Assembly (NCBI GenBank): GCA_965208325.1
Contig: OZ242326.1
Span: forward strand, 384,001-448,000
Reading direction: 5' to 3'
DNA: 64,000 nucleotides
Origin: Candidatus Poribacteria bacterium
Lineage (GTDB): Bacteria > Poribacteria > WGA-4E > PCPOR2b
The position numbers were made by a program, and so were the translations under genes. Shown one piece after another: positions 1 to 10,178 of the stretch (its first letter is position 1; every line of letters begins with the position of its first letter). The notes beneath the pieces were generated by a model, which worked only from the letters and a program-made list of their open reading frames with translations, ran no database searches and had not been told where the DNA came from.

Positions 1-579
1 GTTAGTGGTCGGTTGCAAGGGGTTCCCCCTCACGATGGCTATCAAGTAACCGTGCGTAATCTACGAACAGATAACACCATAACCGCGTTTGTGCAGGGTG
101 ATTACTTCGCGGCTGCAACCGCCGACTTGTCGCGCCGCAGCGTTGTTCAAGTCGGTGACGTGGTTGAGTTGCGGGTCATCGGTCCGAGCGGGAATGTCGA
201 ATCACCGACCCTCAATTACAAAGTGGCCCCTGAACACCTGGCAGACGCCGTAATGTCCGTTAATCTTGACGGCGTCGGAAAACCAAAGCTGACCCAGCTG
301 TTGCAGAACTACCCGAATCCGTTCAACCCGGAGACGTGGATTCCGTATCAACTCTCGGAAGACAGCCCTGTATCTTTATCAATTTATGATTCCACCGGTA
401 AGTTGGTTCGTACGCTTTCGCTCGGTTTTCAATCCGCGGGATATTACAATGGTCGGGACCGCGCTGCATATTGGGATGGAAAATCCGAGACTGGAGAGCG
501 GGTTGCGAGTGGGGTATACTACTATCATCTCAATGCGGGCAGCTTTACAACGGCAAAACGCATGGTCATCTTGAAGTAG
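1..579 (+). CDS. C-terminal part of a large secreted protein with an FlgD-Ig/T9SS-type C-terminal sorting domain (5' partial)
   Basis: Frame is open from base 1 (VSGRLQG...). Contains LLQNYPNPFNPETWIPYQL...YWDG...SGVYYY...KRMVILK. The upstream domain is paralogous to 12789-13583. Confidence 0.85.
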   Translation, partial: VSGRLQGVPPHDGYQVTVRNLRTDNTITAFVQGDYFAAATADLSRRSVVQVGDVVELRVIGPSGNVESPTLNYKVAPEHLADAVMSVNLDGVGKPKLTQLLQNYPNPFNPETWIPYQLSEDSPVSLSIYDSTGKLVRTLSLGFQSAGYYNGRDRAAYWDGKSETGERVASGVYYYHLNAGSFTTAKRMVILK

Positions 580-643
580 TTACCCCATTATCAGCTGCGG
601 ATTTCGAGATCGTTTACCCGCATTCAATGGGAGACCAAATCCT

Positions 644-1711
644 ATGCCTGAAATACCCAAACCGATATTGATTCAAAAGGACGAACTTCGTGAATTCGTT
701 GGAACGCTGTATCAGAAGACTGGCGTACCGCAAGATCACGCCAACCTAATGGCAGATTTACAAGTCGAAACCGATTTGCGAGGCGTGTTTTCGCACGGTA
801 CGCGTGCGGTTCCAGGGTACATCGAGAAGCTTCTTGATGGCAAAATAAACCCGACGCCGCGGTTCGAAATTGTCAAAGAGGCGCCCAGCACCGCTGTCAT
901 TGACGGAGACAATGCATTAGGGCATGTCCCCTCCGCGAAGGCGATGGAAATGGCCATCGAAAAAGCCAAATCTATGGGAATCGGCGCCGTAGGTGTCTGC
1001 AACGCTGGGCACTTCGGCGCCGCAGCGTGCTACGGAATGATGGCTGTCCGCGAAAAAATGATCGGCTTTGCCACAACAAGTACAGCGATGCGGAGCGTCG
1101 TCGCACCCGGCGGTGCAACGCCCGTAGTCGGTAACGTGGCGCTCTGCTACGCCTACCCGTCCCGAACCGAACAACCCGTGGTGCTCGACATGGCGTGCGG
1201 CATCTCGGCCTGGAATAGGATTGAAACCATGCGCATGTACAATATCCATATCCCGATGGACTGGATGTTGGACATAAATGGGAAACCGACCAACGATCCG
1301 AGCAAGGGAGAGATGCTCAAACCTGCTGCAGGTCCAAAAGGTTACGGTTTGGCGATGGCTATGACGGCCCTCGCGGGCCCTCTAATTGGCGGCATGATGG
1401 GCTGTCATAAGGACGCTGGTCCATCTGAACACTTTTTCATAGCGTTCAACGTCTCTAGTTTCACCGACTACGATGATTTCATACGTGAAATGGACAGGTC
1501 GGTTCGCACGGTGAAAACTTCAAAGACTGTTGACGGCGTGGACCGGGTTTACCTGCCGGGCGAAATTGAATGGGAAAACTACGAACCGTGGAGCGACTAC
1601 GGGATTCCGCTCCACAAAGACCACTTGAGCGCGCTAGCGGAGACCGCCGAAAAACTCGGCGTTGATGTGTTTTGGGATGTGGGGGGAATAACCGCAGCGG
1701 GAACTCGTTGA
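644..1711 (+). CDS. Ldh_2 family oxidoreductase (malate/L-lactate/ureidoglycolate/sulfolactate dehydrogenase-like)
   Basis: Motifs DLRGVFSHG, IDGDNALG, HFGAAA, VVLDMA, GPKGYGL and VYLPGE. Confidence 0.9.
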   Translation: MPEIPKPILIQKDELREFVGTLYQKTGVPQDHANLMADLQVETDLRGVFSHGTRAVPGYIEKLLDGKINPTPRFEIVKEAPSTAVIDGDNALGHVPSAKAMEMAIEKAKSMGIGAVGVCNAGHFGAAACYGMMAVREKMIGFATTSTAMRSVVAPGGATPVVGNVALCYAYPSRTEQPVVLDMACGISAWNRIETMRMYNIHIPMDWMLDINGKPTNDPSKGEMLKPAAGPKGYGLAMAMTALAGPLIGGMMGCHKDAGPSEHFFIAFNVSSFTDYDDFIREMDRSVRTVKTSKTVDGVDRVYLPGEIEWENYEPWSDYGIPLHKDHLSALAETAEKLGVDVFWDVGGITAAGTR

Positions 1712-1763
1712 CTTAGACGAATTCCTCCTTCTTGCCAAGATGAAGGTAAAGGGGATTTCGTCT

Positions 1764-2573
1764 TCAAACGCCATCCGACACCGAAGGTACGTTATCTTGA
1801 CAATAGACGGGCCGGAAGAGCGTGCGTCTTTTGAACGGCATTTCGGCAAGGTGTGCCGGGTGAGGCTCCCACTTGTGCCACTTGTTGCCAATCACGTTGT
1901 AGCAGTTGAATATGGCGACCCGGTCGGCAGTATCGTCCTCCCAACGGGCGCCTGAGTGAGTGATCGCCTCGGTAAAGAACAACACCGACCCTGCCGGGCA
2001 AGAATAATCCTCCCACAAGGGGCAATCCCGATTCTCAGTCGTTTTTGGCGGTGGAAATGCCGCTTTGTGGCTTCCGTTCAAAAACATAGTGCCGCCGCCG
2101 CGTTTTTTCACTGGGTTCAGCTCCCATACAACTCGCGTCAAACCACTGTGTACCTTGTCCGGATGCATATGATAGGTGTGTGAGTTTCCGGGAAAGTTGT
2201 GCATACCGCGTCCGCCATGAGGTCTAAAGTGGTCTTGGCCTTTGGCTCGAATCGTCAAAAACGTACCCTCCAAGCGAAAACCGTAGCACTCCTCGTTCGA
2301 ATAGCCGGACGCGACAAATTCGTTCATGAATCCCAAGACAGCTGGGTGATCTGTGAGTCTTTCGAGCGGACCGCCGATGGACGAACGGTGAGGCTCTGGA
2401 ATTGACTCGGGCTCTCTCTGCAGACGGTAACAAAACTCCCGCATCTCGACAACCTCATCGTCGTTCAGCACGCCGGGCAGAGCTATCCAGCCCCGTGTGT
2501 CGAAGATAAACTTCTGCTCTTCGGTAAACTCAATTGCCGGCGTTCCAACGGCGTTTGTCGAGGGCATAACCAT
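1764..2573 (-). CDS. PhyH-family Fe(II)/2OG oxygenase (H-G-G variant)
   Basis: N-terminal EEQKFIFDTRGW, GGTMFLNGSHK, and AGSVLFFTEAITH..R. Confidence 0.85.
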   Translation of the reverse strand: MVMPSTNAVGTPAIEFTEEQKFIFDTRGWIALPGVLNDDEVVEMREFCYRLQREPESIPEPHRSSIGGPLERLTDHPAVLGFMNEFVASGYSNEECYGFRLEGTFLTIRAKGQDHFRPHGGRGMHNFPGNSHTYHMHPDKVHSGLTRVVWELNPVKKRGGGTMFLNGSHKAAFPPPKTTENRDCPLWEDYSCPAGSVLFFTEAITHSGARWEDDTADRVAIFNCYNVIGNKWHKWEPHPAHLAEMPFKRRTLFRPVYCQDNVPSVSDGV

Positions 2574-2677
2574 AAAAATAGCCTTCCATTTATTTGTGTT
2601 TCATTGACGACTTACAATTAGACGAATTACAATTACGGATTAAGGGCGGATGGCTTTTGTAGCTCGCCTACCTTCAA

Positions 2678-3565
2678 TCATACGCCCCACCGCTTCCGCA
2701 TCTTCTCCATCGGCACGGTTTCGCCCTGCATCCAAGCATAATGCGCAATCGGCTCATCTCCGATCCAACGTTCATCAACCGGTTCATCCGCGCGTTGGAA
2801 GCGTGTGTCAGCGCTAAGGCGGTAACGGTTCGTTGTGTTGTCCAGCGATCCGTGCATCGTGAACATGCCGAAAATTAACACATCTCCCATCTTAAATGAA
2901 CTCGTACCCCACTGCCCGCCGTAACGGTCAACTAATTCGATTGGATCATTCGAGAACGAGCCGGTCACATTGTCACGATCCACATCCATCTCGCCGTAAG
3001 TCTGTTTAATTAAATCAAAACGGTGGGAACCGACAAGAATCGCCAAAGGGCCCATCTCAAGCGGCAGGTCGCCAATTGGCGTCCAGCAGGTTACGACATG
3101 TTGCGTCCCGCGTCCCATGTAAACGATGTCGTAATGTGCACCGGTGAAGCCGCTCGGCTGTACCACGCGCAGCCATTTATAATCGTACGTGATGACGGGT
3201 GCACCGAAGAAATCTACAAAAAAACCCAAAACTTCAGGGGATTCGACCAGATTCAAAAATTCCGGTTGGTGGGTGACGGCGCTATTGCCGCCCATAAACA
3301 TGCCGCGCTTGCCTTCCGCCGGAATCCCGTCTGATACCGGATGCGCACGGTCGAGTTGCTCGTTCTCGTCCAGCTTCCTGAGCAGAAATCGGCGGGTTGC
3401 CTTGACGTTTTCCGGGTCGTACAATCCGCGAATTAACAGATATCCATCAGCCTTAAACCTAGCATACAGCTCCTCGCGGTCGCCGAGTACGCCATTTGCT
3501 TCTCGCAACCATCCAAGGTACTTCCCGCCCATTTCCATCTCTATTTTGTTCATCGTGAGAATCAC
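2678..3565 (-). CDS. PhyH-family Fe(II)/2OG dioxygenase
   Basis: AHYD (HxD), WTPIGD, GPLAILVGSH, GDVLIFGMFTMHGS and RLSADTR. Confidence 0.9.
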   Translation of the reverse strand: MILTMNKIEMEMGGKYLGWLREANGVLGDREELYARFKADGYLLIRGLYDPENVKATRRFLLRKLDENEQLDRAHPVSDGIPAEGKRGMFMGGNSAVTHQPEFLNLVESPEVLGFFVDFFGAPVITYDYKWLRVVQPSGFTGAHYDIVYMGRGTQHVVTCWTPIGDLPLEMGPLAILVGSHRFDLIKQTYGEMDVDRDNVTGSFSNDPIELVDRYGGQWGTSSFKMGDVLIFGMFTMHGSLDNTTNRYRLSADTRFQRADEPVDERWIGDEPIAHYAWMQGETVPMEKMRKRWGV

Positions 3566-3712
3566 GTCAAATCTCCGTTTTTCTCCGTTAGAAATACGTT
3601 AGCCAACCGTTAATCAACCCGTAATTCGTCCGCTAAAAATTTAATGCTGTGAACACTTGAAATAGTCAGTGCCATGTCAGAAATTTGCGCGGTTGCTTAA
3701 TGTAATCAATCA

Positions 3713-3741
3713 TTGACAAATTTCCAAAATTATATTACCAT
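3713..3741 (+). promoter_or_regulatory. sigma70-type promoter of the FG-GAP/TlpA operon
   Basis: TTGACA (3713-3718), 17-bp spacer, TACCAT (3736-3741), 40 bp upstream of ATG 3782. Confidence 0.65.
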
Positions 3742-3781
3742 CGAATCATAAAGCACACAACAAGAAAAAAGGGAAGGCATC

Positions 3782-6154
3782 ATGTATCGCCAGAGGCATC
3801 TTGTTATTGTTAACCTGATAATGGTCGTTGTGCTAACGAGTTCCTGCGGCATCGGGCGAGTTTTTGAACCCCTTGTATTCAATTCCTATGAGTCTCGGAT
3901 GCAATCGGTCATTGAGCAAGGCACGGTTGTTAAAAATTACTTGAAAAGCCTTGAACGTGCGCTTCGGGATGGTGATGACCGCACTATCGCACTATTGGCG
4001 CCCGAAGCCATCCGTTCGTTTCCACCCTGTGAGGAAGAAATAGAACGCCGGACTGATCTGCCTGGTGTGGAAATTATCCGTTGGGAATCAACGCCGGGAA
4101 ATGGAGGAGGCAATCCTTGGGTAAACCTAGCAGACCACTGGGGAAGCGGATCAATAATATCGAAGAGTTCGTTTAACATGATTCACCTCAACATAATCAG
4201 CGGCGACATCTGCGAGCCAGAAATCCGCATTAGCATACAGGGCATTGATACCGCGGGAAGACACCGCCAAGATGTCAGTTATATGCGGCTCAAGGTAGAT
4301 TTCTCCGGGCACGCCGCTGTCATTCGAGACAGCCTAAAATTTGTTTCCCATTCGCTTATACGCACCGGAGATACGCTATTTAAAGACGAAACGGAGAAAC
4401 GGGGACTGGTATTTCAGCCGCCCAACGTTCCATTTCGGGACGACCTAAAATTTGCGCCCTTTACGGCTACGGGTGGTGGAGTCGCCGTCGCTGATGTAGA
4501 TGGGGACGGATGGGACGATGTATACCTCATCGGCAGCGCGCCGAACACAAGTAGATTTTATAAGAATATTGGTGCCGGATACTTTGAGGAGGCGACAGCG
4601 AGTTCCGGATTAGCAAACCCCCAAGATATGGCTATGGCTGCTGCCATTGGCGACGTTGACCGAGACGCTGATTTGGATATTGTTGTAACGCACGGTTTTG
4701 CGCCGCCTACACTCTTCCGTAACCGCGGCGATACGGTGTTCATTCGTGAGCCGTTCGCGTCTTCAAATGGGCAAACCGAAGAGGGTGCCGCGACGCCCTC
4801 GTTGGTTGATGTCGATAACGACGGGGACCTCGACCTGTATGTTGCATACTACGGTCCGGTGTCAGAATACGTACCGGACACGATATACATTGGACTTAAC
4901 GGTGTTCAAGACCGCCTCTACATCAATGATGGCGCAGGGAATTTCACGGAAGAGGCGCGAAGCCGGGGGATTACCGATTCGCGATGGACATTTCAAGGCG
5001 CATTTGCTGATTTCGATGAGGACGGCGATGCCGATCTTTACCAAATTAACGATTTTGGACGCAACACGCTCTATCTGAATGACGGGACGGGGAATTTTAC
5101 GGATTGCACCCGCGACTGGGCGGGAACTGAAGCCTTTGGGTTCGGTATGAGCGGCAGTTGGGGCGACTTCAATGCGGACGGCAATCTCGATATGTATATC
5201 GCCGGCATTGCTTCAGGCGTGCAATGGTTCGCGGAACAGACCGATGTTATGCGATTTTACCTTCTAAACGCGAAGCGGAGCCGCTACTTGCCGCCCGCGC
5301 AAGTTGACCGCATAACAGCGGAACTTGAACCCTATATGATTTCCGCCGATCATCTGGGCGATTCCTTGCCCGCAATTCGCCAGCGATACTTCCAAGGAAA
5401 TGTCTTGCTTCGGCGCAACGGCAACGGATTTGATAACATCAGCCAACCATCCGGTACAGAATATGGCGAATGGGCATGGGGTTCAGGGTTTGTTGACTTT
5501 CAAAACGACGGACTAGTTGACCTTTACACAACCAACGGTTTTATTACGGGCGAGAAAAAAGACGATCTCTGAATGCCATTTTTCGAATCGGCGGTCCGCC
5601 GGCCTCTCGATTATTATGAAGGCGCATTTTATTCCGCCGATTTTGTTCGCTCCAATTCTTGGAACGGACTGGAAAGCAACTTTGCTTATCTCAACCTTGA
5701 TGGAAGTAACTTCCTTGAACTAGGTTTTGCACTTGGCATTGACAGTACTGCTGACGGACGAAGTTTCGTCGCTTTTGATTGTGACGGCGACGGGGATCAA
5801 GATTTGCTTGTTGCTAATCGGAACGCACCGGCTAAACTATTTGTCAACCGCTGGGCGGACGCTGCGAATAATAATTGGTTGAAAGTTCGTCTCATCGGTG
5901 ACAATGATAGAACCGCAGTTGGCGCCGTGGTTAAAGTTCAAACGGGCAATCGGAAGCAAGCCCAAACGTCCTCCTTGGGCAATAGCTACTTGTCCTGCTA
6001 CGCCGGACCGCTCCTATTTGGAATTGGTCCCGCAACTCGAGTCGATGCGGTAGATGTGGTTTGGCCGGGCGGTGAATCTAGCCGAATCACCGGGATTAAC
6101 GCTAACCAAATGATTGAAGTGCGTTTTCCCGCCGCAGCTCGGACGGACAAATGA
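3782..6154 (+). CDS. CRTAC1-like FG-GAP/VCBS repeat + ASPIC/UnbV lipoprotein with in-frame TGA at 5570-5572 (putative selenocysteine)
   Basis: Lipobox-like LTSSC and several DxDxDGxxD repeats. ORF 3782-5572 ends in TGA and ORF 5573-6154 follows immediately in the same frame, supplying the last FG-GAP repeat and the ASPIC/UnbV domain (WLKVRL..GA.V.V..LLFGIG..VVWPGG). Confidence 0.8.
5589..5601 (+). promoter_or_regulatory. putative bacterial SECIS hairpin
   Basis: CGGC-GGTCC-GCCG stem-loop. The loop G/GT lies 21-23 nt after the TGA, resembling the GGUC apex and spacing of the E. coli fdhF SECIS. Confidence 0.55.
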
Positions 6155-6684
6155 CGCTAATGACGAAACACCTTGGGAATTTACCCTGGCCGTATCTGCC
6201 TTTAGTTCTATCGCTCTCGGTTCTGGCGGGTTGCACTCAGGTCCATCAGACAATCGCCGTCGGTGAAATGATTGGCGATATTGATGTTGTTCAACTATCG
6301 GGTAAAAGAGAGAAACTTTCCTCTCTGTCCAAAGACCGTATCACTTTAGTGGTGTTCTGGGCAACTTGGTGCCAACGTTGCCGTGAAGAAGTTCCGGACA
6401 TCAATAATTTAGCGGCTGATTACGGATCGTCTTTAGCCGTGATTGGAATTTCAGCGGGCGAGACCCTCCACACCGTCAAAGCCCATTCCGCAGGCCTAGG
6501 CATACGCTACCCAGTGGTTGTTACCGAGTTATCCAACTTGGCTGCACTCGGAATTGACAGTATTCCGCGGTTGGTGGTTTTAGACTCGAAAGGGAGAATT
6601 CAGCGGATTGAAAACGGCGTGAATACGTCTTTACGGGCACGACTCACGCAACTCGCTCACGAAAACGAACCAAATCAAAATTGA
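6151..6684 (+). CDS. TlpA/ResA-like thiol-disulfide oxidoreductase, lipoprotein
   Basis: LAGC lipobox, FWATWCQRC (CxxC) and IPRLVVLD. ATGA overlap with the upstream gene. Confidence 0.88.
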   Translation: MTLMTKHLGNLPWPYLPLVLSLSVLAGCTQVHQTIAVGEMIGDIDVVQLSGKREKLSSLSKDRITLVVFWATWCQRCREEVPDINNLAADYGSSLAVIGISAGETLHTVKAHSAGLGIRYPVVVTELSNLAALGIDSIPRLVVLDSKGRIQRIENGVNTSLRARLTQLAHENEPNQN

Positions 6685-7206
6685 TGCGGCGGACAGGTAA
6701 AATATCACCGTATCCTTTTCCCGCTGTTCTGAACATACGAATCGCTTGCACAATACTGAGCGCTCCTGAAAATTTGCGCTCAACCCAACCTATCAGAGCT
6801 ACAACCCCCCATCAAATCGGCAAATGCCTAGCCGCTATTCTCGGTCCGGTTTGCAAATGTATTCAAAACTCTGGCAGTATCCAAAGGTGTCCCCATCAGC
6901 GCGATTGTGTCCCTTATGACACTCACCTCCATCGGCAATATTTTGGTTGATTTTGTCATCTCAGAATGCTAGGGAATCCTGTCACACACTAGCTTTTCGG
7001 CATTTCTGGGCGCACGTAGCAATGCGTCGGCTCGAAGTGCCCTAAAGTGTCCTTTTGTGCCCTAAATTCGGATTCACTTTTTGGGACATTTCTGATGCAT
7101 CGGGTATCATGTCCAGATTGCAGATTTGATTTAATGCCGAGGCGACGGCCGCCAATGCGGATTCCTCGAAATCAAATATCTGATTTTTGCGCACGTTCAG
7201 GTCACC

Positions 7207-7250
7207 AAAAAAAAAGCGAGGCTGCGACTCTTTCAGCGCCCTCGCCTCGC
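7207..7250 (-). terminator. possible Rho-independent terminator for the 7409-7852 gene
   Basis: On the minus strand, a GCGAGGC...GCCTCGC stem followed by 9 T. Confidence 0.45.
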
Positions 7251-7408
7251 CAATGAGAATGTAATCTTTATATTATAAGTGAACCAGTGCCGCCTGTTTT
7301 CCTGAATTATAAACGATGTGAAATGCATGTGCCAAGAGGAAAAGCGGTAGGTACCCCTTGTAGGTTGGGTTGAGCAGGCTTCCTAAAACCAAGGTCTCCT
7401 CTTAATCA

Positions 7409-7852
7409 TTACTCATGACTTCTCAGGTGTTCAATGTGGTTCTGGTTAAGGACGCTCATTTCGTCTCGCACGCCGCTGATTTCAGCTCGCACGCCGCTGA
7501 TTTCAGCTCGCACGCCGCTGATTTCAGCTCGTACATCGCTGATTTCGGTTCGTACATCGCTGATTTCGGATTTAAATTCAATTCGTAGTTTGCCAATCTC
7601 ATTCCGCAGGTCGCTAATTTCAGATCGAGTTTCGTTTCGCAGGTCGCTAATTTCGGAGCGAATTTCGGTTCTGACTTCATCAATTCGATTCTCTAGGCGT
7701 TGTCCTTGCTGCTGAAAATCGTCGTTTTGCTTGTCCATCCGCTTTTCAAGTTGCGCCGTGCGATAGAACAAGACGGCAATCTGGCCAATAAAACCCACGA
7801 CGACAACAATAATAAGGATTGTGTGCGATGGTGACCACGTGCCGAAGTCCAT
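7409..7852 (-). CDS. membrane-anchored coiled-coil protein with tandem heptad repeats (DUF1640/CCDC90/Bdr-like)
   Basis: N-terminal TM segment (ILIIVVVVGFIGQIAVLF), then repeated EIS(D/G)VR(A/T) and EISDLRN units. Confidence 0.75.
   Translation of the reverse strand: MDFGTWSPSHTILIIVVVVGFIGQIAVLFYRTAQLEKRMDKQNDDFQQQGQRLENRIDEVRTEIRSEISDLRNETRSEISDLRNEIGKLRIEFKSEISDVRTEISDVRAEISGVRAEISGVRAEISGVRDEMSVLNQNHIEHLRSHE
7466..7570. repeat. 21-bp coding tandem repeat
   Basis: TCGCACGCCGCTGATTTCAGC x3 followed by degenerate TCGTACATCGCTGATTTCGGT copies. Confidence 0.9.
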
Positions 7853-8002
7853 TGATTGCGCCTCCTGCCGTACTTCTTTCGCTCAACAAGACATTGGGAA
7901 TGCGTGTAAAAGCGTGTTGATTTTCTTAGGGAAATGTGAGCCCGACATGAATCTGTTTTGCGCGGCCATTAGCTTCACGGCATTTTTCGTTAAGCTAAGT
8001 TA

Positions 8003-8031
8003 AGTATATCATAATACCAAACAAAAGTCAA
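8003..8031 (-). promoter_or_regulatory. sigma70-type promoter for the coiled-coil gene
   Basis: Minus strand TTGACT, 17-bp spacer ending in TGn, TATACT. Confidence 0.6.
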
Positions 8032-8228
8032 CATTTTGCGACGGAGTGTGGCTTTTTTAGGTTGGATTGAGATCGACGGAACGATTAGAGAAGGCTTTAG
8101 CGAATACATAACGAGTGAGATATCCTTCTTTAGTTTCTCCCTTTATCAAAACCGCTCAACCAAAGCCGCAATCCAAAAAATACGGCAAAATTTAAACAAC
8201 AGATAACCAACTACTGGTCGCAGACTGC

Positions 8229-8274
8229 CAACGTAAATTTTTACGTTGACGTAACATACAATTACATATATAAT
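8229..8274 (+). promoter_or_regulatory. sigma70 promoter overlapped by a palindromic operator-like site
   Basis: TTGACG (8246-8251), 17 bp, TATAAT (8269-8274). Perfect inverted repeat CAACGTAAA-tt-TTTACGTTG at 8229-8248. Confidence 0.7.
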
Positions 8275-8485
8275 ATTAAGTAATGAGTTGTAAGGTAGCG
8301 GGTATGCGTTAAAACCAGGTTACTAGCCGTACCGTATGTGCCACTGTTTCTAGCTAGGCGGCAAATACGAAAATTACGTGGTAAAGCCTGCAATCGAAAA
8401 TGAAGAAATCTTAAAAACACCGAAGAATCGAAGGAGGGTCGCTTTGACGATTAACGCAGTTGGTCGCAATCGTGGAAGGAAAAAA

Positions 8486-9241
8486 ATGCGCATGAATATA
8501 AAGTTGTTTTGTATTATGTTGGCGGTGTCGTCTACTTGGGCTTACGCAAAACCTAAGTTTGAAGATATAAGAGTATTTGAAGCCTCCAGTCGGGGGGAAA
8601 TTTTTATTATTAATGGAAATGAAAAGGCAATCTTGTCGTCCCCTGCAGGAGTGTTCGACATTAAGTGTTTGCAGCAAGGCATACCTCGAGGCGTCTTTTT
8701 TATTGGGGGAACGAGTATAGTACAGATAGAAGAAACATCGTGGGATAAAAGGAAACAGGGCTATTTGGCGCATTTTGAAAATGAAAGCGTAGTGTTTAAA
8801 CCATTGGATGTTTTTCCGAAGAACACCATTCAAAACGTCAAGTTACTGCACAATTCAAGGAGATTTAGTGTTTACGAGAAAAACGCTTCAGTAGTCGTTT
8901 TTAACATAGATACTAAAAAAGTTGTAGAGCCCGAAAAGAACACTTCCTCTGGAAAATCATTTAGAGATGGGTCACTAACATTTCTGATACTCGATGAAAG
9001 TAAAGCACAAATGTACGGAAATCAGGGAAGTGACTCTATCGAATTTTATAGAGACAAGAATTGCCTAATATTTACGGAAACAACGCCGGTTGGAAGCAAA
9101 CATGTTTTCATAATTTCAGACAAATATGACCCCGGTGAAATGGGCTTCAGATACACCTATGTGAGAAACACTTTGAATATAATCTTCAGCAACGAGTTGA
9201 TTCGCACAACTTCACATGGACTAGTAAAGGTAGATTATTAG
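8486..9241 (+). CDS. AT-rich hypothetical secreted protein
   Basis: The ORF track starts at 8378, but GGAAGG precedes ATG 8486 and is followed by a signal peptide (MRMNIKLFCIMLAVSSTWAYA). No family recognised. Confidence 0.6.
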   Translation: MRMNIKLFCIMLAVSSTWAYAKPKFEDIRVFEASSRGEIFIINGNEKAILSSPAGVFDIKCLQQGIPRGVFFIGGTSIVQIEETSWDKRKQGYLAHFENESVVFKPLDVFPKNTIQNVKLLHNSRRFSVYEKNASVVVFNIDTKKVVEPEKNTSSGKSFRDGSLTFLILDESKAQMYGNQGSDSIEFYRDKNCLIFTETTPVGSKHVFIISDKYDPGEMGFRYTYVRNTLNIIFSNELIRTTSHGLVKVDY

Positions 9242-9558
9242 GTAACTAATCGAGAGGAAGAAAACTCAAATGATGCGCAAGGGAAGCGGCAAATTGCCGC
9301 AATCTAGTATGAACGAAGCCAAAGTACCATATCGCAGCATAAATTCACCATTCGAAAAAAGAGTGCTTAAATTTTGTGATTTGCGCATTACGGCGAACGT
9401 ACACCAAACGCAATAAGCCGCGCCGAATTCATAATCAGCTAATGAAAAATTGCGCTGCATCGTACACTTAATTACGCAATCTGTATTTACGATATGCATA
9501 CGAAACACTGTGCGCGTTTAAATATCTCCGCTCAACCCAATCTACAAACGCTGCTAAA

Positions 9559-9978
9559 TCAAAACATGCGTTCACCGGGTAGAACCGACGCTTGCCGAAT
9601 CCAGCCCGCCAATAACTCCTCGTCGAAAGGATCGTCCTCGTGGATGTGAAAATAGCGCACCGCCTCATGTTTGGATTTAACGGGCGGCACGGGTCGCAGT
9701 GACGCGCCGTTTAGGAAGGTCACCTTGACATACTTTGTGAAGCAATGGAACGAGAGGAACCAACCTTGCCCTTCGATCCCATAGAAGGGTGAGTTCCACC
9801 TCACCGCTTTGCGCACTTCGGGCACGGTGCGCGCGATGAGTGCATCGAGGTTGCGTCCAACGTCCTGTTTCCATCCCGGCATGGCTGCGATGTACGCTTG
9901 GACAAGTGCGTCCCCGTCACCTTTTGGAATTTGCGGGTTGCCCCCGGAGAGAAGTTTCGGTTCGGATGAGTTTTTCAT
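9559..9978 (-). CDS. DUF1801 (YdhG-like) protein
   Basis: LLSGGNPQIPKGDGD, AVRWNSPFYG and YVKVTFLNGASL. Confidence 0.85.
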   Translation of the reverse strand: MKNSSEPKLLSGGNPQIPKGDGDALVQAYIAAMPGWKQDVGRNLDALIARTVPEVRKAVRWNSPFYGIEGQGWFLSFHCFTKYVKVTFLNGASLRPVPPVKSKHEAVRYFHIHEDDPFDEELLAGWIRQASVLPGERMF

Positions 9979-10178
9979 AATTATTATTGTACCATATTAC
10001 GATCATGTAGTCATTGGTGCAAGTTTGAAATAGAGAGTATAACCGGCGTGAACGGAGAGCACTCCACCATGACTTAGCTTCGGCACAAAATTTACCGTGG
10101 TTATGGGAAAATTTCCACCGCTAAGGATGAATTGAGCGCCGAGAAATCATCAATTTTACATAAATCCAAATCGAATAT

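Noticed and set aside
7466..7660. CRISPR array
   Set aside because: The units are contiguous 21-bp coding repeats with no spacers and no cas genes.
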